From positions 169,527 to 233,526 of the forward strand of contig CAVYAX010000014.1 of the NCBI GenBank assembly GCA_963766525.1: a stretch of 64,000 nucleotides of DNA, written 5' to 3'. The position numbers were made by a program, and so were the translations under genes. This document shows, piece by piece, positions 1-7,855 of this stretch (position 1 is the stretch's first letter; every line of letters begins with the position of its first letter). Source of the DNA: an uncultured Actinomycetes bacterium. GTDB taxonomy: Bacteria > Actinomycetota > Thermoleophilia > Solirubrobacterales > Solirubrobacteraceae. Under the pieces are notes generated by a model, which was not told the DNA's origin, did not search any database, and saw only the letters and a program-made list of their open reading frames with translations.

Positions 1-180
1 GCAGCGCCGGCGAGGCGGGGCCGGGACGCACCGGCGGCAGCGCCGGCGAGGCGGGGCCGGGGCGCACCGGCGGCAGCGCCGGCGAGGCGGGGCCGGGACG
101 CACCGGCGGAAACGCGACCGAGGCGGGGCCGGGGCGCACCGGCGGCAGTGCCAGCGAGGTTGGCCCGGGACGCACGGGCG
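1..180 (+). repeat. 36-bp tandem repeat array of at least 5 copies, cut by the window edge. In frame it encodes 12-aa SAGEAGPGRTGG peptide repeats inside feature 3..491.
   Basis: Direct reading: the unit gcagcgccggcgaggcggggccggg(a/g)cgcaccggcg repeats from position 1, with two degenerate copies at 109-180. Confidence 0.7.
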
Positions 181-491
181 CCAGCGCGAGCGACGTCGTC
201 CCCAAATCGCCCAAGCAGCTGCAGGCGAAGTTCAAGCATGCGAAGGACTTCGGCGTGCCCGGCGGCTACAGCAAGGCCAACGAGAAGAAGTTCAGCGAGG
301 CCATCGACGAGCACATCAAAGGCTCGGGGGTCAAGGCGATCAAGGGCGCCTACCGCGGGCGGCCGGTGACGCATCACGTCGACCCGTCGACCGGGCTCAA
401 TGTCATAGTCGATCCGGCCGGCGACTTCGTCAGCGGGTGGAAGCTCAGCGCGGGCCAGCTCCGGAACGTCCTGAAACACGGAGGTCTCTAG
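3..491 (+). CDS. 3' fragment of a larger secreted or polymorphic-toxin-like protein. Gly/Pro-rich 12-aa repeats are followed by a ~95-aa C-terminal domain (FKHAKDFGVPGGYSKANEKKF...HHVDPSTGLNVIVDPAGDFVSGWKL). It is a putative nuclease-type toxin tip, possibly colicin-D-like; the family is not verified.
   Basis: Frame 3 is open from the window start to TAG at 489-491. The repeat-to-globular-C-terminus architecture is typical of polymorphic toxins, and a small ORF follows immediately. Confidence 0.45.
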   Translation, partial: SAGEAGPGRTGGSAGEAGPGRTGGSAGEAGPGRTGGNATEAGPGRTGGSASEVGPGRTGASASDVVPKSPKQLQAKFKHAKDFGVPGGYSKANEKKFSEAIDEHIKGSGVKAIKGAYRGRPVTHHVDPSTGLNVIVDPAGDFVSGWKLSAGQLRNVLKHGGL

Positions 492-493
492 CC

Positions 494-733
494 ATGTCCA
501 GCACGGCGAACGTCACGATCGAGCTCAGCCACGACGAGGCGCTGGTCTTGCTCGACTGGCTCGCCCGTATGCACGAGCGAGACGAGCTCAGCTTCGCCGA
601 CCAGGCGGAGCGGCGTGTCCTGTGGGACCTCGAGGCGATGCTCGAGTCGGCGCTGGCCGAGCCCCTCAGCGCCGACTATGACGCCTTGCTCGCAGCGGCG
701 CGCGCGCGGGTGCGCGACGCCGGCTCGCCTTGA
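494..733 (+). CDS. Small acidic, helical protein (79 aa) that is a putative cognate immunity protein for the upstream toxin domain.
   Basis: ATG at 494 lies 2 nt after the toxin stop. The size and position fit the toxin/immunity pair convention; no family was recognised. Confidence 0.4.
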   Translation: MSSTANVTIELSHDEALVLLDWLARMHERDELSFADQAERRVLWDLEAMLESALAEPLSADYDALLAAARARVRDAGSP

Positions 734-741
734 CGACGCGG

Positions 742-1130
742 CTACTCGAGCGGCTCGTCCTCGGACAGCTCGTCGAGCTGGCTCAGTGCCTGCGCCTCGT
801 CGGGCGCGACGTCCTCGGGCGCGGCGACCTCGCCGGCCGGCGGCGCCGCCGAGGCGGTGCCGGCCTCGAGCTCCTCCTCTTCCTCGACAGGCTGGCGCGC
901 GACGCCGCGGCGCGCGAGCCGTGCCACGGCGTGGTTGCCCAGCGTCGTGGCGAGCGTGCGCGACGGCGGCGCGGCGGCCGGCGCGGGGTCGGGCTCCCGC
1001 CGGGGGTCGCGCTCAGCGCGATCGCGCTCGTCGAGCAGCCGGTCCACACGCCGACCGTAGCCCCGCGGCCGAGCCCCGTCGAGCGGCCGGGCGAGGATTT
1101 CCTTTAAGGCTGCCCTCTCGGCCCGCGGCC
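742..1130 (-). CDS. Possible small hypothetical protein with an acidic C-terminus (..LSQLDELSEDEPLE). The start is unclear.
   Basis: Only the 3' ~390 nt of the long minus ORF 742..2046 is free of the plus-strand OmpA-like gene. No family was recognised and GC-rich DNA yields such ORFs by chance. Confidence 0.2.
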
Positions 1131-1204
1131 TGATGGCACGATGGCCCTCCCACGTCCGGTGGCCCACGACCCATGCCAACTGCCCGACACCGCCGAGCCC
1201 TCCG

Positions 1205-2086
1205 ATGAAGCACCGCGACCGGCGGCCGGCGGCGCTCGAGCACGACGACGAGGAGGAGCGCGAGAGCGAGGCCACGCAGGCCGCGCCGCCCGAGCCCGCG
1301 GCCCGCGACGACGCCGCGGACCAGCTCGTCGCGCGCGCGGCGCTCGGCCACGCCCTCCCCTCGGGGCGCGGAGGGGTCGTCGTCGCGCGCGCGCTGCGGC
1401 GCCTGAGCGGCGAGCGCAACGCCGCCGTCGCCCGCGCGGCCACCGCCGGCGCAGCCGAGGAGGCCGCCGAGGCGCCCGCCGGCGCGCCCGCGGCAGCGAC
1501 CGCTGGCGAGCAGAACGAGAAGCCGGACGCGGCCGCACTCCAAGCCGCCCGGGAGGCCGTCGCATCGCACCTCGAGGCCATCGGCGAGCACGCCGCCGAG
1601 CGCGTCGTGGCCGGCGTCGCGGACGGTACGTACATCGCCGTCGCGGACCTCGAGAGCGACTTCCTCGTCCTGGAGATCGCGCAGACGCCGGGCTCCACCG
1701 CCTCGAGCGTCACCCGCTCGCGCCAAGCCGCCCGGGTCGACATCTGCGACCACACCGTCGACAGCTTCGGCATCGACTCGGATGCGCTGCCCGGCGGCGG
1801 CGAGGTCGCGACGGCCGCCGACGAGCTGCTGGCACACCCCATGGCCACGGCGACGATCGAGGGCTTCACCGACGACGCCGGCAAGCCCGCCGCCAACGAG
1901 CCGCTGTCCAAGCGCCGCGCCGAGCGCGCCCGCGATGCGATCATCGCCGCCGCGCCCGAGCTGACCGAGGCGAACTTCCACGTCGCCGGGCGGGGCGCGA
2001 CCGAGTTCGTGGCGTCGAACGTCACCGAGCCCGACCGGCGCCGCAACAGGCGCGTGCGGATCCGCGTCGACGAGCCCGCGCCATGA
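1205..2086 (+). CDS. OmpA/MotB-like peptidoglycan-binding domain protein with an acidic, Ala-rich N-terminal region and no obvious signal peptide or TM helix.
   Basis: The C-terminus IEGFTDDAGKPAANEPLSKRRAERARDAIIAAAP...GRGATEFVASNVTEPDRRRNRRVRIRV matches the OmpA_C pattern GHTD..G....N..LS..RA..V...L.......I...G.GE..P......T..GRA.NRRVEI. The stop lies 11 nt before the first eCIS gene on the same strand. Confidence 0.65.
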   Translation: MKHRDRRPAALEHDDEEERESEATQAAPPEPAARDDAADQLVARAALGHALPSGRGGVVVARALRRLSGERNAAVARAATAGAAEEAAEAPAGAPAAATAGEQNEKPDAAALQAAREAVASHLEAIGEHAAERVVAGVADGTYIAVADLESDFLVLEIAQTPGSTASSVTRSRQAARVDICDHTVDSFGIDSDALPGGGEVATAADELLAHPMATATIEGFTDDAGKPAANEPLSKRRAERARDAIIAAAPELTEANFHVAGRGATEFVASNVTEPDRRRNRRVRIRVDEPAP

Positions 2087-2096
2087 CCCGGGGCAC

Positions 2097-2972
2097 GTGA
2101 CGATGGCGCTCGTCCTCGACATCCCGCTCAACACGATGCTCGCCGACCTCGACGAGTCGCTGCGCGCGCTCGTGCAGGGCGAGCTCGCCCGGCACGGCTT
2201 CGACAGCGTCGACGTGACCTTCGACGCGCCGACGACCGAGTGGTCCAGCCAGCTTCAGGCGCCGACGATCGACATGTTCCTCTACGACCTGCGCGAGTCC
2301 TCCGAGCACCGCCATCGCACGATCGACGAGCGCCGCGCCAACGGCGGCGCGGTCGAGACGCGCCCGCCGTTCATGCTCGAGTGCTCCTACGCGATGACGG
2401 CCTGGACGCAGGAGGTCGAAGACGAGCACCGGCTGCTGTCGCAGCTGCTGACGATCCTCTACTCCTATCCGCGCCTGCCGGAGGAGGCGCTCTCCGGCCG
2501 CCTCGCGGCCGGCGCCCAGCGCTACCCGATCTTCGGCCGCGTCGGCCAGCCGAAGGCCGAGGGCAAGGCCGACTTCTGGAACGCCGTCGGTGGGCAGTAC
2601 AAGGCCTCGCTGGACTACGTCGTGACGCTGTCCTGCGAGGCGGGCGCGATGCACGAGCGCGGTCCGGAGACGCGCGGCGTCACGGTGCGTGTCGCGGATT
2701 CAGGCGGGCCGCCCGGCTCCGTCACCGAGCTGCACAGCATCAGCGGCCGCGTCGCGGGCCCGGCCGGCGATCCACTCGCCGCGGCCTGGGTCACCCTGCC
2801 CGGCCTGGGGCGCTGGACCTCCAGCGACGAGCACGGCCGCTTCGCGATCACCCGCGTCCCGGCGGGCACGCATCAGGCGGTCGCACGCGCCCGCGACGGC
2901 GGCGAGACCGAGGCCACGCTCACGGTCCCCGGCGCGCCGGTCGAGCTGGTCGTCGAGCCGTCGCCCGATTGA
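2097..2972 (+). CDS. eCIS tail terminator or cap protein of the DUF4255 / Pvc16-Afp16 N-domain family, with a C-terminal carboxypeptidase-regulatory-like beta domain.
   Basis: The N-terminus L..L...L...L......FDAPT.EW......PTIDMFLYDLRE is characteristic of DUF4255. The start is GTG at 2097 or ATG at 2103. Confidence 0.7.
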   Translation: MTMALVLDIPLNTMLADLDESLRALVQGELARHGFDSVDVTFDAPTTEWSSQLQAPTIDMFLYDLRESSEHRHRTIDERRANGGAVETRPPFMLECSYAMTAWTQEVEDEHRLLSQLLTILYSYPRLPEEALSGRLAAGAQRYPIFGRVGQPKAEGKADFWNAVGGQYKASLDYVVTLSCEAGAMHERGPETRGVTVRVADSGGPPGSVTELHSISGRVAGPAGDPLAAAWVTLPGLGRWTSSDEHGRFAITRVPAGTHQAVARARDGGETEATLTVPGAPVELVVEPSPD

Positions 2973-3065
2973 CCGAAAGGGCATCCGACCGGCCCGGGCG
3001 AGGGTGCCCGAACGGCTGGCCACCGCGCTCTGGTCGGCTCGCCGCCGACGCGCAACGCTGGGCCC

Positions 3066-3443
3066 GTGACCTCGACACCGCCCGCCGAAGGGCTGCGCGT
3101 CATGCTCGGCAACCTCGGCCCGATCGCCCGCGTGGGGATGCGTCGGCTGCTGAGCGAGGGCGGCGTGGAAGTACTCGGAGACCAGCCGGAGCGCGAGCCG
3201 CTGGACCCCGAGATCGCGCGGCTGCAGCCTGACGTCGTCGTCCTCGACCTCGACCAGAGCGAATCGCAGGAGCTGTCGCGGCTCGTCCAGCGACAGTGCC
3301 CGTCCGCGAAGGTCGTGCTGTGGGCGCCGAACGAGGACGTCATGGAGGTCATCGACCCCGGCACGACCCGGCCGCGCTGGGTCCTGTCCGGCGTACCACA
3401 GGACCTGCTGACCGAGATCCGCACCCAGCGAGCGAGGGAATGA
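3066..3443 (+). CDS. Stand-alone receiver-like (CheY-fold) domain protein that is probably a pseudo-receiver, since it lacks the N-terminal acidic pair.
   Basis: The pattern VMLGNLGP..(alpha)..DVVVLDLDQ...KVVLWAP is beta-alpha receiver-like. It sits inside the eCIS gene string, its stop is 1 nt before the sheath ATG, and its start is GTG 3066 or ATG 3102. Confidence 0.45.
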   Translation: MTSTPPAEGLRVMLGNLGPIARVGMRRLLSEGGVEVLGDQPEREPLDPEIARLQPDVVVLDLDQSESQELSRLVQRQCPSAKVVLWAPNEDVMEVIDPGTTRPRWVLSGVPQDLLTEIRTQRARE

Positions 3444-3444
3444 C

Positions 3445-5028
3445 ATGCCGACCTACCTGACCCCCGGCGTCTACGTCGAAGAGGTCCCGTCCACGTCCAG
3501 GCCGATCGAGGGCGTGAGCACGTCGGTGGCGGCGTTCGTCGGCATCGCGCCCGGCGGCCCGGTCAACGTGCCGATGCGGATCTCCAACTGGACGCAGTTC
3601 GTCAAGCTCTACGGCGACCCGGTGGAGCCCGAGAACGGGCCGTTCATGGACGGCGCGTACCTCGCGCACTCCGTCTACGGCTTCTTTCAGAACGGCGGCA
3701 ACCTCTGCTGGGTCGTCCGCGCGGGCGGCGCCGCCTCGGGGTCCGCGCCACAGGCGCTGGTGGGCCTGCCGGCAGCCGCGGACGGCGACGTCGAGGCGCT
3801 GCGCGTGATCGCCCGCGAGGGCGTCAGCGACGCGCTGACAATCGAGATCGCCGAGAACGCGGTCGTCAAGAGCGAGTCCGGCGGCGAGGGCGAGAAGGCC
3901 ACGACCGAGCGCGAGCCGACCTACAAGGTCACGATCAGCGGCGGCTCCCAGCCCGAGGCCTTCGACGGCCTCACCCTGCGCAAGGGGCGCAACAACATCG
4001 CCACGAAGATCAACGCGACGTCCAAGCTCGTGTCGATCGAGGAAACCGGCGCGTCGCTGCCGGAGGCTCAGCGCGCGCCGGCGGCCGGCAAGTATCGCCT
4101 CTCCGCGCCGAGCGCCGCGGTCAAGCCCATCGGCGCCGGCGACCTCGCCGGCGACGTCGCCGAGCGGCGTGGCATCGGCGGCCTCGCGGCGGTCGACGAG
4201 ATAACGATGATCGCCATCCCCGACCTGTGGGCGCTCGACAACGGCCAGCGCGCGCAGATCACCGACGTGCAGCGCGCGCTCATCGATCATTGCGAGGCAG
4301 CGGGCGATCGGATGGCCATCCTCGATGCCCCACCCGACATGCGGCCACAGGAGGTGCTGGACTGGCGCCTTGACGGCGCCGGCTACGACTCGCGGTTCGC
4401 GACGCTCTACTGGCCGTGGATCGAGGTTCGCAGCCCCCTCGACGGGCAGACGCTGACGATCCCCCCGTCCGGGCACGTCGCCGGCATCTGGTGTCGCTCG
4501 GACGCGACGCGCGGCGTCCACAAGGCGCCCGCCAACGAGGTGACGCGCGGCGCCAGCGGCCTCGCGTTCCAGCTCACGCAGAGCGAGCAGGGCGCCCTGA
4601 ACCAGGCCGGGATCAACTGCATCCGCGCCTTCCCCGGGCGCGGCATCCGCGTCTGGGGCGCGCGCACGCTGTCCTCCGACCCCGCGTGGCGGTACATCAA
4701 CGTGCGCCGGCTGTTCAACTACGTCTCCGAGTCGATCATGCAGGGCACGCAGTGGTCGGTCTTCGAGCCCAACGACCAGAAGCTGTGGATCCAGCTTCAA
4801 ATCGCGGTGTCGAACTTCCTGACGCGCACGTGGCGCGACGGAGCGCTGTTCGGCGCCTCGCCCGACGCCGCGTTCTACGTCAAGTGCGACGAGGAGACGA
4901 ACCCACCCGACGTGATCGAGGCCGGCCAAGTCGTGTGCGAGATCGGCGTCGCAGCGGTCAAGCCGGCCGAGTTCGTGATCTTCCGCCTCAGCCAGTACGC
5001 CGATGGCGGCGGGCAGGTCGAGGCGTGA
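3445..5028 (+). CDS. Contractile tail sheath protein (Afp2/3, Pvc2, T4 gp18 family).
   Basis: The N-terminus MPTYLTPGVYVEEVPSTSRPIEGVSTSVAAFVGIAPGGP is the classic sheath signature, and the ~527 aa size fits. Confidence 0.9.
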   Translation: MPTYLTPGVYVEEVPSTSRPIEGVSTSVAAFVGIAPGGPVNVPMRISNWTQFVKLYGDPVEPENGPFMDGAYLAHSVYGFFQNGGNLCWVVRAGGAASGSAPQALVGLPAAADGDVEALRVIAREGVSDALTIEIAENAVVKSESGGEGEKATTEREPTYKVTISGGSQPEAFDGLTLRKGRNNIATKINATSKLVSIEETGASLPEAQRAPAAGKYRLSAPSAAVKPIGAGDLAGDVAERRGIGGLAAVDEITMIAIPDLWALDNGQRAQITDVQRALIDHCEAAGDRMAILDAPPDMRPQEVLDWRLDGAGYDSRFATLYWPWIEVRSPLDGQTLTIPPSGHVAGIWCRSDATRGVHKAPANEVTRGASGLAFQLTQSEQGALNQAGINCIRAFPGRGIRVWGARTLSSDPAWRYINVRRLFNYVSESIMQGTQWSVFEPNDQKLWIQLQIAVSNFLTRTWRDGALFGASPDAAFYVKCDEETNPPDVIEAGQVVCEIGVAAVKPAEFVIFRLSQYADGGGQVEA

Positions 5029-5064
5029 GCAAGGTGCCTTCCATAACGACGCGAGAGGACCACG

Positions 5065-5505
5065 ATGGCTGCTGAGGAGATCTTCGCCAACCTGTACTTC
5101 CAGCTCAAGCTCGAGGGCCGCGAGGGCACCGGGTTGTTCACGGAGGCCACCGGCGGCGGCTCGGAGAACGCCGTGATCGAGCAGAAGGTCGCGATGCCCA
5201 ACGGCTCGGTCGCGATCAAGAAGATCCCGGGCAACTTGAAGTTCAACGACATCACGCTCAAGCGCGGCGTCGACCCCGATCGGATGCTCTGGGACTGGCG
5301 CCAGCAGGTCGTCGACGGCAAGACCACCGAGGCCCGCTGCAACGGCAGCATCCAGATGCTCGACTCCTCGTTCGTGCCGGTCGCGACCTACGTGTTCGAG
5401 AACGGCTGGGTCAGCAAGTACACGCCCGCGTCGATGAACGCGGGCCAGGACCAGGCTGCCGTCGAGGAGATCACGATCGCGATCGAGAACTTCAAGCGCT
5501 TCTGA
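5065..5505 (+). CDS. Tail tube protein (T4 gp19 / Afp1 family).
   Basis: 146 aa with ...IEQKVAMPNGSVAIKKIPGNLKFNDITLKRGV...WDWRQQVVDG..., which is typical of eCIS and phage tube proteins. It directly follows the sheath gene. Confidence 0.85.
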   Translation: MAAEEIFANLYFQLKLEGREGTGLFTEATGGGSENAVIEQKVAMPNGSVAIKKIPGNLKFNDITLKRGVDPDRMLWDWRQQVVDGKTTEARCNGSIQMLDSSFVPVATYVFENGWVSKYTPASMNAGQDQAAVEEITIAIENFKRF

Positions 5506-5522
5506 CGCCGGCGGACGCGGGC

Positions 5523-5897
5523 ATGCAAACCGAGTTTCAGTTCGCGCTTCCCAAGGGCTACGTGGATGGCGACGGAACGCTGCACCGTCACGGGACGATG
5601 CGGCTGGCGACGGCCCGCGACGAGATCGAGCCGCTGCGCGATCCGGACGTGCGCCGCAACGAGGCATACCTCGCCGTGCTGCTGCTCGCGCGCGTCATCA
5701 CGCGGCTCGGCGAGGTCCCGGCCGTGACGCCGGCGGTTGTCGAGGGCCTGTACGCGGCCGACTTCGACCACCTCCAGCGCCTCTACGAGCGCATCAACGC
5801 CGACGGCGACGTCGTCGGCGCCCTGTCCTGTCCAGCATGCGGGCACGCCTTCGAGGTCGACCTCGGCGAGATCGGAGACGTGGGCCTGGGGGAATGA
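5523..5897 (+). CDS. Small hypothetical protein (124 aa) lying between the tube gene and the tape-measure-like gene.
   Basis: Good GC3 codon bias and an operon position. No family was recognised. Confidence 0.45.
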   Translation: MQTEFQFALPKGYVDGDGTLHRHGTMRLATARDEIEPLRDPDVRRNEAYLAVLLLARVITRLGEVPAVTPAVVEGLYAADFDHLQRLYERINADGDVVGALSCPACGHAFEVDLGEIGDVGLGE

Positions 5898-6043
5898 CGC
5901 GGCCGTCTCCCGAGCGACTGCTCGACGAGACGGCCCGGCTCGCGTTCCACTTCCACTGGCCGCTGGACACGATCCTGGAACTCGAGCACCGCGATCGGCG
6001 GCGCTTCTTGCGCGACGCCGAGCGACTCGCCAACCCGGCTTGA
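5894..6043 (+). CDS. Very small hypothetical protein (49 aa; MTRPSPERLLDETARLAFHFHWPLDTILELEHRDRRRFLRDAERLANPA).
   Basis: Its ATG overlaps the upstream stop as ATGA, which indicates translational coupling or frameshift linkage with 5523..5897. Confidence 0.35.
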   Translation: MTRPSPERLLDETARLAFHFHWPLDTILELEHRDRRRFLRDAERLANPA

Positions 6044-6055
6044 ACACACCCGACC

Positions 6056-7855
6056 ATGAGCGACGACACCACACCTCTCCAGCCCGGCTCGACGCGGCTC
6101 TCGCGCTCGGTCCTGCAGCGCGCCGGCCGCCTCGCGCGGTCGGGCTCAGCGCTCGCACGCACGGTCGCGGCCCGCCACGACGTGCGGCGGACCGCAGAGC
6201 CGCCGCGGCTGGTGCCGGCGGCGTCCGCGTCCGTGGCACGCACGGTCGCACAGGATGACGCGCCGGGCGCCGAGCCGATCGACGACGAGGCGCGTCGCGG
6301 CGAGGCCGAGCGGCTGTCGCGGCTGTCGGGCTACGCGCCGGACGTCATGGAGTACCTCGTGGGCAACGCACGTCCGGCGGGACCGGCGCCGCTGGCGCTC
6401 GGCGATGCCGCCGCCGGCATCCAACGGGTGGCGCGACGGGAGGCCGGCGAGCGCCCGGCGACCCCGCGCCGCAGCGCGATCGAGGAGGACGCCGCCCCGC
6501 GTGCGCTGCGCCTGTCGCGCACGCCGGCGCAGCCCGTCGTGGAGCCCCGGGTCAGCGCTGCGCAGCCGCCCGGCGAGGCGCTGTCGCCGCAGGCCACCGG
6601 TGCCGCGCCCGGCCCGGTGCCGGCGCAAGACCCGGTGCCGGCGCACGACGACGGCGAGCCACCCGCGGCCTTCGCCAACGAGCTGGCGGCGGCGTCCGCG
6701 GCGCAATCCGCGACGAGCCGCGCGCGGCTGACGCTGGCCCGGCGTGTCGCGCCGGACGAGCCGGCCACGGCCTCGACGACCGCACCGCCGGTCGCGCTGC
6801 GGCTTGCGCGTCGCGCCGCGCCCGAGCAGCCGGATGTGCCGGTCGCACCGCGGCTTGCGCGTCGCGCCGCGCCCGAGCCGCCGGATGTGCCGGTCCCACG
6901 CGAACCCGCGGCCGGCCCGCCGGCCCCCGAGCCGCCCGCCGGGCGCGAGGCGGGGCCGCTCGGCCGCCTGTGGCGGCGCGTGGCAAGCGGCCCGCGCGGC
7001 TCGGAGCCCGGACCCGAGCCCGCCCGGCCGCGGCGCGGCGCCGCGGCCGCGGCGCGCGTGGCACCGGTCCTCGCCCGTACGCCCACCGGCGAGGCACCGG
7101 CCCCGGCCGCCACCACGGCCGACGACGCGCACACGCTCGCCGCCACCACGGCCGGCGACCCGCACACGCTCGCCGCCACCACGGCCGGCGACCCGCACAC
7201 GCTCGCCGCGACCACCGCCGGCGATTCGCACGCGCCGGCGCTCGCGACCGCCACGACCGGCGACCCGCAGACGCCGGCGCTCGCCCTCGCTCGGACGCGC
7301 GACGCGACGGCCCTGGCGCTCGCCGCCGGCGCCACCGGCGTCGCGCGGGCTCCCGGAGGACCCGCGCCCGGCGTAGCGCAAGCGCCGCCCGCGCCCGGCG
7401 CGACGCGCGCCGGCGCGGCGACAGCGCGCCTCGCCCGCACGCCGGCGCGCCAAACAGAGCGGCCCCGGCTGCGCGTGCAGCGCCGCGAGGCCCCCGCCGC
7501 GGGGGCCGCGAGCGCGCCCGAGCCCGCCCGGCCCCTGACCACCGCCCAAGTGCTGGCCCGCGCGACCGCGGGTGCGATCGAATACGAGGACGAGGGGCGC
7601 GTCAGCGTGCTGCTCCCGCCGCCGGGCGCCGTCTTCGGGAGCCCGCCGCGGGCCATCGCCCGCGAGGAGAGCATCGCCGAGCCGGCCGGCGCTGCCCCGA
7701 TCGCGCCGTCGGGACCGGCCGAATCGCTCCCGCCAGCCGAGCCGCCTGCGACGGCGGACGGTCTCGCCGTCGACCGTGACGAGCTGTACGCCGACTTCGC
7801 GCAGCGGCTGCGGCGCGACATCCTCGAGCAGCGCGAGCAGCGCGGAGAGCTCTGA
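6056..7855 (+). CDS. Low-complexity Pro/Ala/Arg-rich protein (599 aa) with internal (L/V)ARR(A/V)(A)PEQPDVPV-type repeats and a conserved-looking C-terminal tail. It is a putative tape-measure or length-determining protein (Afp14-like).
   Basis: It sits between the two tube genes, its stop overlaps the tube-2 start (TGATG), and it has a non-globular repetitive composition with a structured C-terminus (..DRDELYADFAQRLRRDILEQREQRGEL). Assignment is by analogy only. Confidence 0.45.
   Translation: MSDDTTPLQPGSTRLSRSVLQRAGRLARSGSALARTVAARHDVRRTAEPPRLVPAASASVARTVAQDDAPGAEPIDDEARRGEAERLSRLSGYAPDVMEYLVGNARPAGPAPLALGDAAAGIQRVARREAGERPATPRRSAIEEDAAPRALRLSRTPAQPVVEPRVSAAQPPGEALSPQATGAAPGPVPAQDPVPAHDDGEPPAAFANELAAASAAQSATSRARLTLARRVAPDEPATASTTAPPVALRLARRAAPEQPDVPVAPRLARRAAPEPPDVPVPREPAAGPPAPEPPAGREAGPLGRLWRRVASGPRGSEPGPEPARPRRGAAAAARVAPVLARTPTGEAPAPAATTADDAHTLAATTAGDPHTLAATTAGDPHTLAATTAGDSHAPALATATTGDPQTPALALARTRDATALALAAGATGVARAPGGPAPGVAQAPPAPGATRAGAATARLARTPARQTERPRLRVQRREAPAAGAASAPEPARPLTTAQVLARATAGAIEYEDEGRVSVLLPPPGAVFGSPPRAIAREESIAEPAGAAPIAPSGPAESLPPAEPPATADGLAVDRDELYADFAQRLRRDILEQREQRGEL

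Noticed and set aside
742-2046. A 434-aa minus ORF opposite the OmpA-like gene, and similar long antisense or alternative-frame ORFs (3349..5667-, 6146..7870-, 6331..8277-, 9272..10642-, 19748..21505-, 21757..23064-, 23046..26975-, 26620..28254-, 32027..34009+, 37171..38130-, 42146..43711-, 46977..50210-, 49586..52951+, 55498..57426+, 58616..60604-, 58714..60810+).
   Set aside because: Their Arg/Ala/Gly/Pro-rich low-complexity translations with poor third-position bias are typical artefacts of ~70% GC DNA. Each is overlapped by a gene on the other strand or frame that has a recognisable family and motifs.
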